A DNA stretch of 32,000 nucleotides, from NCBI RefSeq assembly GCF_000017845.1, contig NC_010546.1, forward strand, positions 4,500,001 through 4,532,000, written 5' to 3'. Made by a program: the position numbers and the translations under genes. This stretch comes from Crocosphaera subtropica ATCC 51142 (lineage in GTDB: Bacteria > Cyanobacteriota > Cyanobacteriia > Cyanobacteriales > Microcystaceae). Under the pieces are notes generated by a model that saw only the letters and a program-made list of their open reading frames with translations, searched no databases and was not told the DNA's origin. Positions 1-8,892 of the stretch are shown piece after piece. Position 1 is the stretch's first letter; every line of letters begins with the position of its first letter.

Positions 1-64
1 GTTCAGCTATCAGCCATCAGCTATATTCTTAGCGATCCTAACTGCTGAACGCTGACTGTTTTTT
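1..64 (+). terminator. Hairpin built from heptamer repeats (NNTCAGC x3 facing GCTGANN x2) followed by a T6 run. Probably the terminator of a + strand gene upstream of the window.
   Basis: TCAGC at 3-7, 10-14 and 17-21 (7-nt period). The complement GCTGA is at 44-48 and 51-55. A T-run follows at 59-64. Confidence 0.4.
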
Positions 65-228
65 ATACTTTTAATTCCGCCTACCTACTTACTTCTGTTA
101 TTAAGTTTATTTGTTCTGGTGCAAGATGCCAGTATGGCAATCAAATTCACTATACATTTAATAGTCACTTTGTCAAGGAAAAAATAAATAATTTTTGTAA
201 ATATATATTTGAGTAAATACTCAGTCAA

Positions 229-246
229 TTTGTCAATATTTGTAAC
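229..246 (-). promoter_or_regulatory. HLR1-like direct repeat (candidate RpaB-type box) upstream of chlH
   Basis: The minus strand reads GTTACAAA-TA-TTGACAAA. That is two 8-mers separated by 2 nt, with one mismatch to my recalled (G/T)TTACA(T/A)(T/A) consensus. Confidence 0.3.
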
Positions 247-279
247 AAAATGTGTCATGTTTCTTTGCAAAATGTGTCA
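246..279 (+). repeat. Exact 12-bp direct repeat CAAAATGTGTCA x2, starts 22 bp apart, in the chlH upstream region
   Basis: Copies at 246-257 and 268-279, read directly from the sequence. Confidence 0.85.
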
Positions 280-428
280 AATCATCGAGTAAACACTCCA
301 TTTGGCCTCATTTTCTGATACAAACACAAAGGAGTGTTATTTGATTTGGGGGCCTAACGTTCTCCTTGGATGTTGCAGTGTTCCCAACTTATTTAGACCA
401 TCATAAAAACAAAGGAGCCTTATCATAT

Positions 429-3400
429 ATGTTTACCCATGTCAAGTCCACCATTCGCCATATCGTTCCAGAGGCAACCAATGGTCGTTCTTTGCTAAAG
501 GTGGTCTATGTGGTGTTAGAACCTCAGTATCAAAGTTCCCTTTCGGCGGCCGTTAAAGCCATTAACAAGAATAATCCTAAGTTAGCCATTGAAATCAGTG
601 GTTATTTAATAGAAGAACTTAGAAACCCAGAAAATTACGAAGAATTTAAACGAGATGTAGCAGAAGCCAACTTATTTATTGCTTCTTTAATTTTCATTGA
701 AGACTTAGCGGATAAAGTGGTCGAAGCGGTTCAACTTCACCGTGATAATCTAGATGCGGTGGTGGTATTCCCTTCCATGCCCCAAGTCATGCGCTTAAAT
801 AAGTTGGGTAGCTTTTCCATGGCCCAGTTGGGACAGTCCAAAAGTGCGATCGCTCAATTTATGCGCAAACGCAAAGAAAATTCTGGGGCGAGTTTCCAGG
901 ATGCGATGCTAAAGTTATTGCGGACACTGCCTCAAGTGTTGAAGTATCTTCCCGTTGAAAAAGCGCAAGATGCTCGCAATTTTATGTTAAGTTTCCAATA
1001 CTGGTTAGGGGGTTCTTCTGAGAACTTAGAGAACTTCTTAGTCATGTTAGCCCATAAGTATTCCTATCCTGAGTTATTTGGGGATAAACAGGTTGACTAC
1101 AAAGAACCGATCGTTTACCCTGACATGGGTATCTGGCATCCTTTATCGATGAAAATGTTTGAGGATGTGCCTTCTTATATGGAGTGGTACAACAGTCGTC
1201 GAGATATTTCCGATGACTTAAAAGATCCTTTGGCCCCTTGTATCGGACTCATTTTACAACGAACTCACCTTGTCACTGGAGATGATGCTCATTACGTCGC
1301 TATGGTGCAAGAATTAGAATGTATGGGTGCAAAAGTTATCCCTGTGTTTGCGGGGGGGTTAGACTTTTCTAAACCCGTAGAAGCTTATTTCTGGAAAGGG
1401 GATAAAGAAAGAGTTGCTATTGTGGATACTGTCGTATCATTGACAGGGTTTGCCTTAGTGGGAGGTCCAGCGCGTCAGGATCATCCTAAAGCGATAGACT
1501 CATTAAAACGCCTCAACCGTCCCTATATGTGTGCGTTACCTTTGGTCTTTCAAACCACCCAAGAATGGGAAGAAAGCGATCTCGGGTTACATCCTATTCA
1601 GGTTGCTCTACAAATAGCCATCCCTGAATTAGACGGGGCCATCGAACCTATTATACTCTCAGGACGAGACGGAAGCACAGGACGGGCGATCGCACTTCAA
1701 GATCGCATCGAAGCCGTGGCCCAGCGTGCCATGAAATGGGCTACTTTAAGAAAGAAACCGAAACTCGATAAAAAAGTGGCTATTACCGTGTTTAGTTTCC
1801 CTCCCGATAAAGGAAATGTGGGAACCGCCGCCTATTTAGACGTATTTGGGTCTATTTATGAAGTTCTTAAAGCCTTACAAGGAAATGGCTACGATGTCCA
1901 GGATATTCCTGAGTCTCCTAAAGAACTCATGGAAGCGGTTATACACGACGCACAAGCACAATATGCCTCTCCTGAGTTAAATATAGCCCATCGGATGTCT
2001 GTGGAGCAATATGAGCGATTAACCCCCTATTCTGTGAAGTTAGAAGAAAACTGGGGACCCCCTCCTGGACATTTAAACAGCGATGGACAAAATTTACTGA
2101 TCTATGGGAAACACTTTGGTAACGTCTTTATTGGGGTACAACCTACCTTTGGATATGAAGGTGATCCCATGCGGTTACTATTCTCAAGATCTGCGAGTCC
2201 TCATCATGGTTTTGCTGCTTATTACACCTATTTAAACCAAGTTTGGAAAGCAGACGCAGTCTTGCATTTCGGAACTCATGGATCACTGGAATTTATGCCA
2301 GGAAAACAGATGGGTATGTCCGGTGATTGTTATCCCGATAGTCTCATTGGTAATATTCCCAACCTATACTATTATGCGGCTAATAATCCCAGTGAGGCGA
2401 CCATTGCCAAACGACGCAGCTATGCAGAAACCATCTCTTATTTAACCCCCCCTGCTGAGAATGCAGGGTTATACAAAGGACTGCAAGAATTAAGTGAGTT
2501 AATTGGTTCTTATCAAACCTTAAAAGATGGGGGTCGGGGTGTTCCTATTGTTAACACCATCATGGATAAATGTCGCTTAGTCAATTTAGATCAGGATATC
2601 GATATTCCTGATGTAGACGCTAAAGACATGACCCAAGAAGAACGGGATAATATTGTTGGTTTAGTCTATCGAAAATTGATGGAGATTGAATCCCGTTTGC
2701 TTCCTTGTGGACTCCATGTTGTGGGTAAACCTCCCACCGCAGAAGAAGCGATCGCAACTTTGGTAAACATTGCTTCTTTAGACCGAGAAGAAGAAGGAAT
2801 TACATCTTTACCTCGCATTATTGCTGATAGTTTAGACCGAGATATTGAAGAGGTGTATCAAAACAGCGATCGGGGTATTTTAGAAGATGTAGAATTGCTA
2901 CAACAAATTACATTAGCAACCCGTGAAGCGGTCGCATCTTTAGTCAAAGAACAGATAGATGCAGAAGGAAGGGTATCCCTTGTATCCAAGCTCAACTTTT
3001 TTAACATGGGTAAAAAGGCTCCTTGGGTAGCAACTTTACACGATTTAGGTTACACCAAAGTCGATCAAGAAAAGTTAAAACCCCTGTTTGAGTACCTAGA
3101 ATTTTGCTTAGAACAGGTTTGCGCCGATAATGAATTAGGTGGGTTACTAAAAGCATTAGAAGGAGAATATGTCTTACCTGGGCCTGGTGGTGATCCTATC
3201 CGTAACCCCAACGTTTTACCTACGGGTAAAAACATCCATGCGTTAGATCCTCAGTCTATTCCTACCCTCGCTGCGGTCAAGTCTGCAAAAATAGTTGTAG
3301 ATCGTTTAATTGCGCGTCAAAAAATCGATAATGGTGGCAATTATCCCGAAACCATTGCTTGTGTATTATGGGGTACAGATAACATCAAAACTTATGGTGA

Positions 3401-4412
3401 GTCCCTCGCACAAATTATGTGGATGGTAGGAGTAAAACCCGTACCCGACGCATTAGGAAGGGTCAATAAATTAGAGTTAATTTCCCTCGAAGAATTAGGA
3501 AGACCTCGTATTGATGTTGTGGTCAACTGTTCTGGTGTATTCCGTGACCTCTTTATTAACCAAATGAACTTATTAGATCAAGCGGTTAAAATGGCAGCAG
3601 AAGCAAACGAACCCATCGAAATGAACTATGTTCGTAAACACGCTTTACAGCAAGCTGATGAAATGGGAATAAACCTGCGTGAAGCTGCTACCCGTATCTT
3701 TTCCAACGCTTCCGGTTCTTATTCTTCTAACGTTAACTTAGCGGTAGAAAATAGCAGTTGGGAAGAAGAAAAAGAGTTACAAGATATGTATCTCAACCGT
3801 AAAAGTTTCGCCTTTGATTCAGATAACCCTGGTATGATGAAAGATAACCGCAAAGTGTTTGAATCAGCGTTAAAAACGGCAGATGCAACCTTCCAAAACT
3901 TAGATTCATCCGAAATTAGTTTAACGGATGTGTCCCATTATTTTGACTCTGATCCCACAAAAGTGGTGGCAAACTTACGAGGAGACGGTAAAAAACCCTC
4001 TGCTTATATTGCAGATACGACTACCGCTAATGCACAGGTTCGTACCCTCTCTGAAACCGTCCGTTTAGACGCACGTACCAAGTTATTAAACCCTAAATGG
4101 TACGAAGGAATGTTATCCCACGGTTATGAAGGTGTCAGGGAACTTTCTAAGCGGTTAGTGAATACAATGGGATGGAGTGCAACCGCAGATGCTGTTGATA
4201 ACTGGGTGTATGAAGACGTTAATACAACCTTCATTGAAGATGAAGAAATGTGTAAACGTCTGATGAATTTAAACCCTAATTCTTTCCGTAAAATGGTCGG
4301 TACATTACTCGAAGTTAACGGACGAGGTTATTGGGAAACCTCCGCAGAAAACTTAGAAAGACTGCAAGAGTTGTATCAAGAAGTTGAGGACAGAATTGAA
4401 GGTGTAGAATAA
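429..4412 (+). CDS. chlH: Magnesium chelatase subunit H (Mg-protoporphyrin IX chelatase large subunit)
   Basis: The roughly 1327-aa product starts [31 protein letters not shown], as cyanobacterial ChlH does. AAAGGAG lies 11 nt upstream of the ATG at 429. The TTG at 366 in the ORF track is probably an artefactual extension. Confidence 0.95.
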   Translation: MFTHVKSTIRHIVPEATNGRSLLKVVYVVLEPQYQSSLSAAVKAINKNNPKLAIEISGYLIEELRNPENYEEFKRDVAEANLFIASLIFIEDLADKVVEAVQLHRDNLDAVVVFPSMPQVMRLNKLGSFSMAQLGQSKSAIAQFMRKRKENSGASFQDAMLKLLRTLPQVLKYLPVEKAQDARNFMLSFQYWLGGSSENLENFLVMLAHKYSYPELFGDKQVDYKEPIVYPDMGIWHPLSMKMFEDVPSYMEWYNSRRDISDDLKDPLAPCIGLILQRTHLVTGDDAHYVAMVQELECMGAKVIPVFAGGLDFSKPVEAYFWKGDKERVAIVDTVVSLTGFALVGGPARQDHPKAIDSLKRLNRPYMCALPLVFQTTQEWEESDLGLHPIQVALQIAIPELDGAIEPIILSGRDGSTGRAIALQDRIEAVAQRAMKWATLRKKPKLDKKVAITVFSFPPDKGNVGTAAYLDVFGSIYEVLKALQGNGYDVQDIPESPKELMEAVIHDAQAQYASPELNIAHRMSVEQYERLTPYSVKLEENWGPPPGHLNSDGQNLLIYGKHFGNVFIGVQPTFGYEGDPMRLLFSRSASPHHGFAAYYTYLNQVWKADAVLHFGTHGSLEFMPGKQMGMSGDCYPDSLIGNIPNLYYYAANNPSEATIAKRRSYAETISYLTPPAENAGLYKGLQELSELIGSYQTLKDGGRGVPIVNTIMDKCRLVNLDQDIDIPDVDAKDMTQEERDNIVGLVYRKLMEIESRLLPCGLHVVGKPPTAEEAIATLVNIASLDREEEGITSLPRIIADSLDRDIEEVYQNSDRGILEDVELLQQITLATREAVASLVKEQIDAEGRVSLVSKLNFFNMGKKAPWVATLHDLGYTKVDQEKLKPLFEYLEFCLEQVCADNELGGLLKALEGEYVLPGPGGDPIRNPNVLPTGKNIHALDPQSIPTLAAVKSAKIVVDRLIARQKIDNGGNYPETIACVLWGTDNIKTYGESLAQIMWMVGVKPVPDALGRVNKLELISLEELGRPRIDVVVNCSGVFRDLFINQMNLLDQAVKMAAEANEPIEMNYVRKHALQQADEMGINLREAATRIFSNASGSYSSNVNLAVENSSWEEEKELQDMYLNRKSFAFDSDNPGMMKDNRKVFESALKTADATFQNLDSSEISLTDVSHYFDSDPTKVVANLRGDGKKPSAYIADTTTANAQVRTLSETVRLDARTKLLNPKWYEGMLSHGYEGVRELSKRLVNTMGWSATADAVDNWVYEDVNTTFIEDEEMCKRLMNLNPNSFRKMVGTLLEVNGRGYWETSAENLERLQELYQEVEDRIEGVE

Positions 4413-4418
4413 GATAGT

Positions 4419-4441
4419 AGGGTGGGCAAAATGCCCACCTT
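4419..4441. repeat. Palindromic hairpin element, copy 1 (GGTGGGCA-aaa-TGCCCACC). Probable chlH terminator.
   Basis: 8-bp GC-rich stem 4421-4428/4432-4439, directly after the chlH stop. Near-identical copies at 5661-5684 and 27985-28008, and a variant at 8893-8916. Confidence 0.7.
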
Positions 4442-4476
4442 CATTATTTAATAACGCAGTTATCATAAAAATAATC

Positions 4477-5484
4477 ATGGAATCTAAAATATATAAAACC
4501 AGGTTTATATCTACACCGAAAAGAGGGAGAAATTGGATTCCTAAAATAGTCAGAACTTCAGTCTATGAAAGAGATGACTATACTTGCCAATATTGTCAAA
4601 TGAAGGTTGATAATCACCAATTAACAATTGAACACATAATGCCTGTTATTAAGGGAGGCATAGATGACATTAGAAATTATATTACCGGCTGTCGTTCATG
4701 CAACTCTTCTAAAAAAGATAAATTACTTACTGATTTTTTGTCAAAAAAATTAGACATAAATATAAAAGATTTGCCTATTCATGGGGATATCATAATTGAT
4801 ACTCCTGAATTAGATGAAGACTATAGACATATAAGATATAATACATATCACTTTATGAGAAAATATGATTTATTTAAAGGTTCTCGTTGTTTAAACAAAT
4901 TAGAAAAGTTATTTCGTCAAAATCTATGGTCAACAGAGTATGGTAAACTTTTGGCAAAACGATATCCAGAATTACCTGGTCAAGTTGTAGCAGTCATACC
5001 ATTAGTAGAATATATAGTTTCTGATTTTAGAGTTCCTATTTATAAATTGTTAGTTGAATTTTGTAAATCAGCACAAACTAGAGCATTAATAGATAATATT
5101 ATTCGCATCGTTTCTAATACAAATGATGACTATTTTGAAGATAGTATTAATGCAATCATTTTTGATAAATATGATGAAAAAGTACAAAAGAAAATACAAC
5201 AAGCTGCAAAAAGAGCTAAAGTTGATTTTAATAAGAAAACGTTATGGACTGTGGAAACACAATTATTAAATGCTAAAGTTCAAGAAAGAGACTTATTATA
5301 TGTTCATGTAGAAAAAAAAAGAGATAATTTCGGAATAGTTTATGTTGAAGATTATGAAATAAGAATACCAGACGTAGAAATAGGTCAAAAAATAGAAATA
5401 TACATTACGAAAATACATTCTAATTATGCAGAAGCCAAAATTGCGAAATTACCAGTATGGATTTCTGCAAAATCTACAAGTTAG
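4477..5484 (+). CDS. HNH endonuclease with a C-terminal TRAM-like OB/beta-barrel domain
   Basis: N-terminal CQYCQ...LTIEHIMPVIKGG...NYITGCRSCNSSK matches the HNH/His-Me finger with Cys pairs. The C-terminal GIVYVEDYEIRIPDVEIGQKIEIYITKIHSNYAEAKI resembles the TRAM pattern. AT-rich. Confidence 0.7.
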   Translation: MESKIYKTRFISTPKRGRNWIPKIVRTSVYERDDYTCQYCQMKVDNHQLTIEHIMPVIKGGIDDIRNYITGCRSCNSSKKDKLLTDFLSKKLDINIKDLPIHGDIIIDTPELDEDYRHIRYNTYHFMRKYDLFKGSRCLNKLEKLFRQNLWSTEYGKLLAKRYPELPGQVVAVIPLVEYIVSDFRVPIYKLLVEFCKSAQTRALIDNIIRIVSNTNDDYFEDSINAIIFDKYDEKVQKKIQQAAKRAKVDFNKKTLWTVETQLLNAKVQERDLLYVHVEKKRDNFGIVYVEDYEIRIPDVEIGQKIEIYITKIHSNYAEAKIAKLPVWISAKSTS

Positions 5485-5487
5485 TAA

Positions 5488-5628
5488 AATAATACAGTAA
5501 ATATTTTAGGAGCAATAGGACTAACAACCACCACAACTGTTGCACTTCCCGTAGCAGGTGTCGTTGCTGTAGCTGGTTTAGTCGGTTACGGTGTTTATAA
5601 AGGAGTAAAAGCAGCTAAAAAGAAATAA
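5488..5628 (+). pseudogene. Gene fragment with no start codon, encoding a Gly/Ala/Val-rich transmembrane tail (..GAIGLTTTTTVALPVAGVVAVAGLVGYGVYKGVKAAKKK*)
   Basis: Open frame with no ATG/GTG/TTG. It is in the same frame as the HNH ORF and follows its tandem TAG-TAA stops. Locally more GC-rich than its flanks. Confidence 0.4.
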
Positions 5629-5660
5629 ATTTACCTCATATTAGTTAGTGAAATAAGACA

Positions 5661-5684
5661 GTAGGGTGGGCAATGCCCACCTTA
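5661..5684. repeat. Palindromic hairpin element, copy 2. Probable bidirectional terminator between the convergent HNH and HEPN genes.
   Basis: GTAGGGTGGGCAATGCCCACCTTA, with stem GGTGGGC/GCCCACC. Confidence 0.7.
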
Positions 5685-5751
5685 ACTTTTAAAAGTGGTA
5701 AACTAAGTAAATTAATTTTAAAAAAGTATTTAATTATCTAAACATCTTCTT

Positions 5752-6414
5752 TTATGTTTGATCCAAATATTCTTCATTATCCAGATATTCATTAATATTT
5801 TCTAAAATTTGTCTCAAATATTTGATAACTCTGTCACTAATTTCGAGAAGTTCATTAGCAGTTGTACTTTTCCCAATGTCATTAAACGAGACAAAACCAT
5901 GAGCTAAATCATTTCTATTTTTCTTAATCGATAATAAGTCAATTCCATCTCTTGTTTCAGAATCAGTGATTGTTGAAAATCCATAGATTATTGCAATTTC
6001 TTTAATTTTTTTAGCATCTACATTTCCTGAAAATAAATCATTAGGATCAAAACTTACATTAATAATATGTTGACTTAGAGTAGTGATTTCTGTCGTAAGT
6101 TGCTCTATCTTACGTTTTCTGATATTTTTCCAAATCAATTTTTTAAATTCTATTTTAAGATTATCAAAAGATATATTTTTAGTTTGTATTTCATCAAAAA
6201 TTAACTCAATAGCATTTCTCATCGTAGATTCTACTAAATTATATAATAATAAATAACCTGTTGCTTTTAATGTTTTTTCTAATTCAGTATTGATTTTAGA
6301 TATTTGTCCATCTTCAATCAACTTAATTCTTTGCTGTTCTAAGTCTCTAAGAAAAGTAAAATAATCACTAACCTCTTTAGCTCGTTCGTTAAAATCTTCT
6401 AAGACTCTTTCCAC
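5752..6414 (-). CDS. HEPN-like putative RNase (resembles the MAE_28990/MAE_18760 HEPN family as I recall it)
   Basis: Single Rx4H motif (KKNRNDLAHG) near the C-terminus of a helical, charged 220-aa protein. Its GTG start at 6414 lies 2 nt after the stop of the upstream DUF262 gene. Confidence 0.65.
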   Translation of the reverse strand: MERVLEDFNERAKEVSDYFTFLRDLEQQRIKLIEDGQISKINTELEKTLKATGYLLLYNLVESTMRNAIELIFDEIQTKNISFDNLKIEFKKLIWKNIRKRKIEQLTTEITTLSQHIINVSFDPNDLFSGNVDAKKIKEIAIIYGFSTITDSETRDGIDLLSIKKNRNDLAHGFVSFNDIGKSTTANELLEISDRVIKYLRQILENINEYLDNEEYLDQT

Positions 6415-6416
6415 TA

Positions 6417-7553
6417 CTATTTACCTAAAAGCTGATCTCGAACATATTCAATACGTCTAATAACTTTTATTTTGGAACTACTTCCATCCCCTTTGGTATA
6501 TTCCTTAAATTCTTTAGAATCCAACAATTTTAATGGCTGAGGTTGAGGTTTTAAATTAGGTTTTTGTCGCAAAGCTAAAGCAATACCAACAGAAAGCGAC
6601 TCAAATTTGATTCTAGTAACGGGTTTTTTAGTCGTTTTAGTTTGCTGATAAAAACCATTAGGAAAATAGTTTTGAACAAAGTTAATCATTCTATAAAATT
6701 CACTTTTTCTATTTTCGATAATCTGATTATCAGCATTATTCATTGCCTCTAAATAACCATCAAGAAACTCAGTTAGTTTTTGAGGATTGAAGGATTTATA
6801 TTCATCATGATAATTATCAAGAAAAGCAAAAAATCGCAATACATATTCTTGAGGATCTTTACAGTCAATTGATGCTTGTGAAAAACTACAAAGATTTAGG
6901 AATGTTTGCTCTTTTGCTAATTCATCGATTAGATTTAGGAAAGGTCCTCTGCGAATTCCTCTCCTTTTCTCCATTGCATTTAACTCAACACTACCTGTAT
7001 TAATTCTTTCAAATAAATCTCTACGAGTTTCCTCATCAGTATCTTCTGTCAATTGAATGATTCTTATTGATGTTCTTTTAAAACGTCTTTGACGTGCGAG
7101 GGGTAAGTCAGAAAATTTAAACCCTTGTAATTTTTTTAATTTTTCTAAATCCTGTAACACTAATTCATCGCGCAGAAATCTAGCTAAAGTACGAATTCTT
7201 TGAGTACCATCTATAATTTCCCAACGGGCTAAATCTTCATTTAAACTATTATCATCCATTAAGTCTTCAGGAACATCTGCTACATAAATATAGGAGATAG
7301 GAAGACCTAACAAAATAGACTCTATTAATTTAGATTGTTGTTTTTTATCCCAGATCATTTCTCTTTGATAGTCTGGAATAAATAACTCATTAAGATCATC
7401 ATCTTGTCCTTCTAAAAATTTATCAACTATTACTTCGATTGGATATTCAATAGTATTATAATCAACAACTTTCTTCTTCTCACGGATTTCTATTTCCGCT
7501 TCTTCCTGCATTTGCTCAGTTATACTCTCGGATGTTAGAGTCTTGATACTCAT
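6417..7553 (-). CDS. DUF262 (ParB-like NTPase/nuclease, GmrSD N-terminal type) protein lacking a DUF1524 nuclease half
   Basis: Motifs IPDYQREMIWDKKQQSKLIESILLGLPISYIYV and EIIDGTQRIRTLARF (a DGQQR-type box). Confidence 0.8.
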   Translation of the reverse strand: MSIKTLTSESITEQMQEEAEIEIREKKKVVDYNTIEYPIEVIVDKFLEGQDDDLNELFIPDYQREMIWDKKQQSKLIESILLGLPISYIYVADVPEDLMDDNSLNEDLARWEIIDGTQRIRTLARFLRDELVLQDLEKLKKLQGFKFSDLPLARQRRFKRTSIRIIQLTEDTDEETRRDLFERINTGSVELNAMEKRRGIRRGPFLNLIDELAKEQTFLNLCSFSQASIDCKDPQEYVLRFFAFLDNYHDEYKSFNPQKLTEFLDGYLEAMNNADNQIIENRKSEFYRMINFVQNYFPNGFYQQTKTTKKPVTRIKFESLSVGIALALRQKPNLKPQPQPLKLLDSKEFKEYTKGDGSSSKIKVIRRIEYVRDQLLGK

Positions 7554-7788
7554 AATTGATTATATTATGTATGGATACATCTAGACTTTATGTATAAATA
7601 TAATAGCATTATTTTACACATTTCCTATTTTCTTAATAAAATTATTTTTATCTCTGTTCTAAAATTACTAAGATAATTGTCAGTAATGCTATGCTAGAGC
7701 TATTAGAGCGTTCTATCGACGAAGCAAAAGCTAATATAACAGCATCAGAAGCTACCGTTAGAGAAGAAAAAAGGAATTGGAATCTACC

Positions 7789-7998
7789 ATGACACAAGAA
7801 CCATTTATCCCTGATATGGAACAAATTAAAGCAACATCAGCTAAAGTTAAAGCACTTTGTCAGCGAATGGATGCTGAAATTTTAATATTAGATGATATCA
7901 TTGCTCAATTAGAAGAAGAAAATAGACGTTCTCCTTTATATCAATATCGCTTGAATAAAGCTAAAAGATTATTAAATAGTAACATTAGTGTTAAGTAA
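7789..7998 (+). CDS. Hypothetical small coiled-coil protein (69 aa from ATG 7789, 73 aa from TTG 7777), translationally coupled to the HicB-like gene
   Basis: ORF track. The ATG at 7789 overlaps the TGA of an upstream 33-codon mini-ORF (ATGA). No HicA-type signature is recognisable. Confidence 0.4.
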   Translation: MTQEPFIPDMEQIKATSAKVKALCQRMDAEILILDDIIAQLEEENRRSPLYQYRLNKAKRLLNSNISVK

Positions 7999-8000
7999 AA

Positions 8001-8246
8001 TTGAAAAATAACAGCACATTGGAATATTGTTTATCCCTGAAGTATCCTATCTCAATTTACCCTGAAGATGAAGGAGGATATACTGCGTTAATTCCTGACT
8101 TACCAGGGTGTATAACCCAAGGAGAAACATTAGAAGAAGTTTTTGTTAATATTGAGGAAGCAAGAGAATTATGGATAGAGACAGTTTATAATAGTAGCAA
8201 AAAAGATATTTCTTTACCATCAAAGAGACAAAACACTTATGGTTAA
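8001..8246 (+). CDS. HicB-family (UPF0150) antitoxin-like protein
   Basis: YPISIYPEDEGGYTALIPDLPGCITQGETLEEVFVNIEEARELWIE is the classic HicB N-domain pattern. The TTG start lies 2 nt after the upstream stop. Confidence 0.7.
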   Translation: MKNNSTLEYCLSLKYPISIYPEDEGGYTALIPDLPGCITQGETLEEVFVNIEEARELWIETVYNSSKKDISLPSKRQNTYG

Positions 8247-8814
8247 TCCTCTAGAAATTAAATTTAATTCTTTTAAACTGACAGATGAACAATTCTATCA
8301 ACTCTGTCACGATAACCGTGATTTAAGGTTTGAAAGAAATAGTAAGGGAGATATGGTAATTATGCCACCAACATGAGGAGAAACAAGCGATCCCAATTCT
8401 GAAATTAATTTTCAATTGAGACTATGGAACAAAGAATATAAACTCGGTAAAGTTTTTGATTCTTCTGGCGGTTTTAAGCTTCCTAGTGGTGCAGATTGAT
8501 CGCAGGATGCGTCTTGGATACCTTTAGAAAAATGGAATAGTCTAACATCACAACAACGTCAAAAATTTTTACCTTTATGTCCTGATTTCATTATTGAATT
8601 ACCTTCTCCTAGTGATAGTTTAAAATCATTACAAGAGAAGATGAGAGAATATATAGACAATGGCACAAAATTAGGATGGTTAATTAATCGTAAAGATAAA
8701 CAAGTGGAAGTTTATCGACAAGGAAAAGAAGTGTAAATATTAAATAATCCCACAACATTATCAGGAGAAAATCTATTACCTAATTTTGTCTTAGATTTAG
8801 AATTAATTTGGTAA
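8239..8814 (+). pseudogene. Uma2-family (DUF820) endonuclease pseudogene with three in-frame stop codons
   Basis: One frame reads MVNPLEIKFNSFKLTDEQFYQLCHDNRDLRFERNSKGDMVIMPPT*GET...LPSGAD*SQDASWI...CPDFIIELPSPSD...GWLINRKDKQVEVYRQGKEV*ILNNP..LLPNFVLDLELIW. Stops are at 8374-8376 (TGA), 8497-8499 (TGA) and 8734-8736 (TAA). There are no frameshifts. Confidence 0.75.
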
Positions 8815-8852
8815 TAATTAACTCAGTGGTATCAAAAAAAAGAAGAGAAAAC

Positions 8853-8881
8853 TTGACAATTTCAAAAAAGTGCTATATTAT
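8853..8881 (+). promoter_or_regulatory. Near-consensus sigma70-type promoter (TTGACA-17 nt-TATTAT) pointing into the hairpin and antisense to the 51-aa peptide gene
   Basis: TTGACA at 8853-8858 and TATTAT at 8876-8881. There is no + strand ORF downstream. Confidence 0.4.
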
Positions 8882-8892
8882 TAACTTTAGTC

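Noticed and set aside
85-270. 61-aa minus-strand ORF upstream of chlH
   Set aside because: It lies wholly in the AT-rich chlH promoter and repeat region, has no SD, and has low-complexity Lys/Ile/Asn-rich content typical of chance ORFs in AT-rich DNA.
366-428. TTG-initiated 21-codon N-terminal extension of chlH in the ORF track
   Set aside because: Cyanobacterial ChlH proteins start at MFT.VKSTIR. The ATG at 429 has a good AAAGGAG SD, and the extension has no counterpart that I know of.
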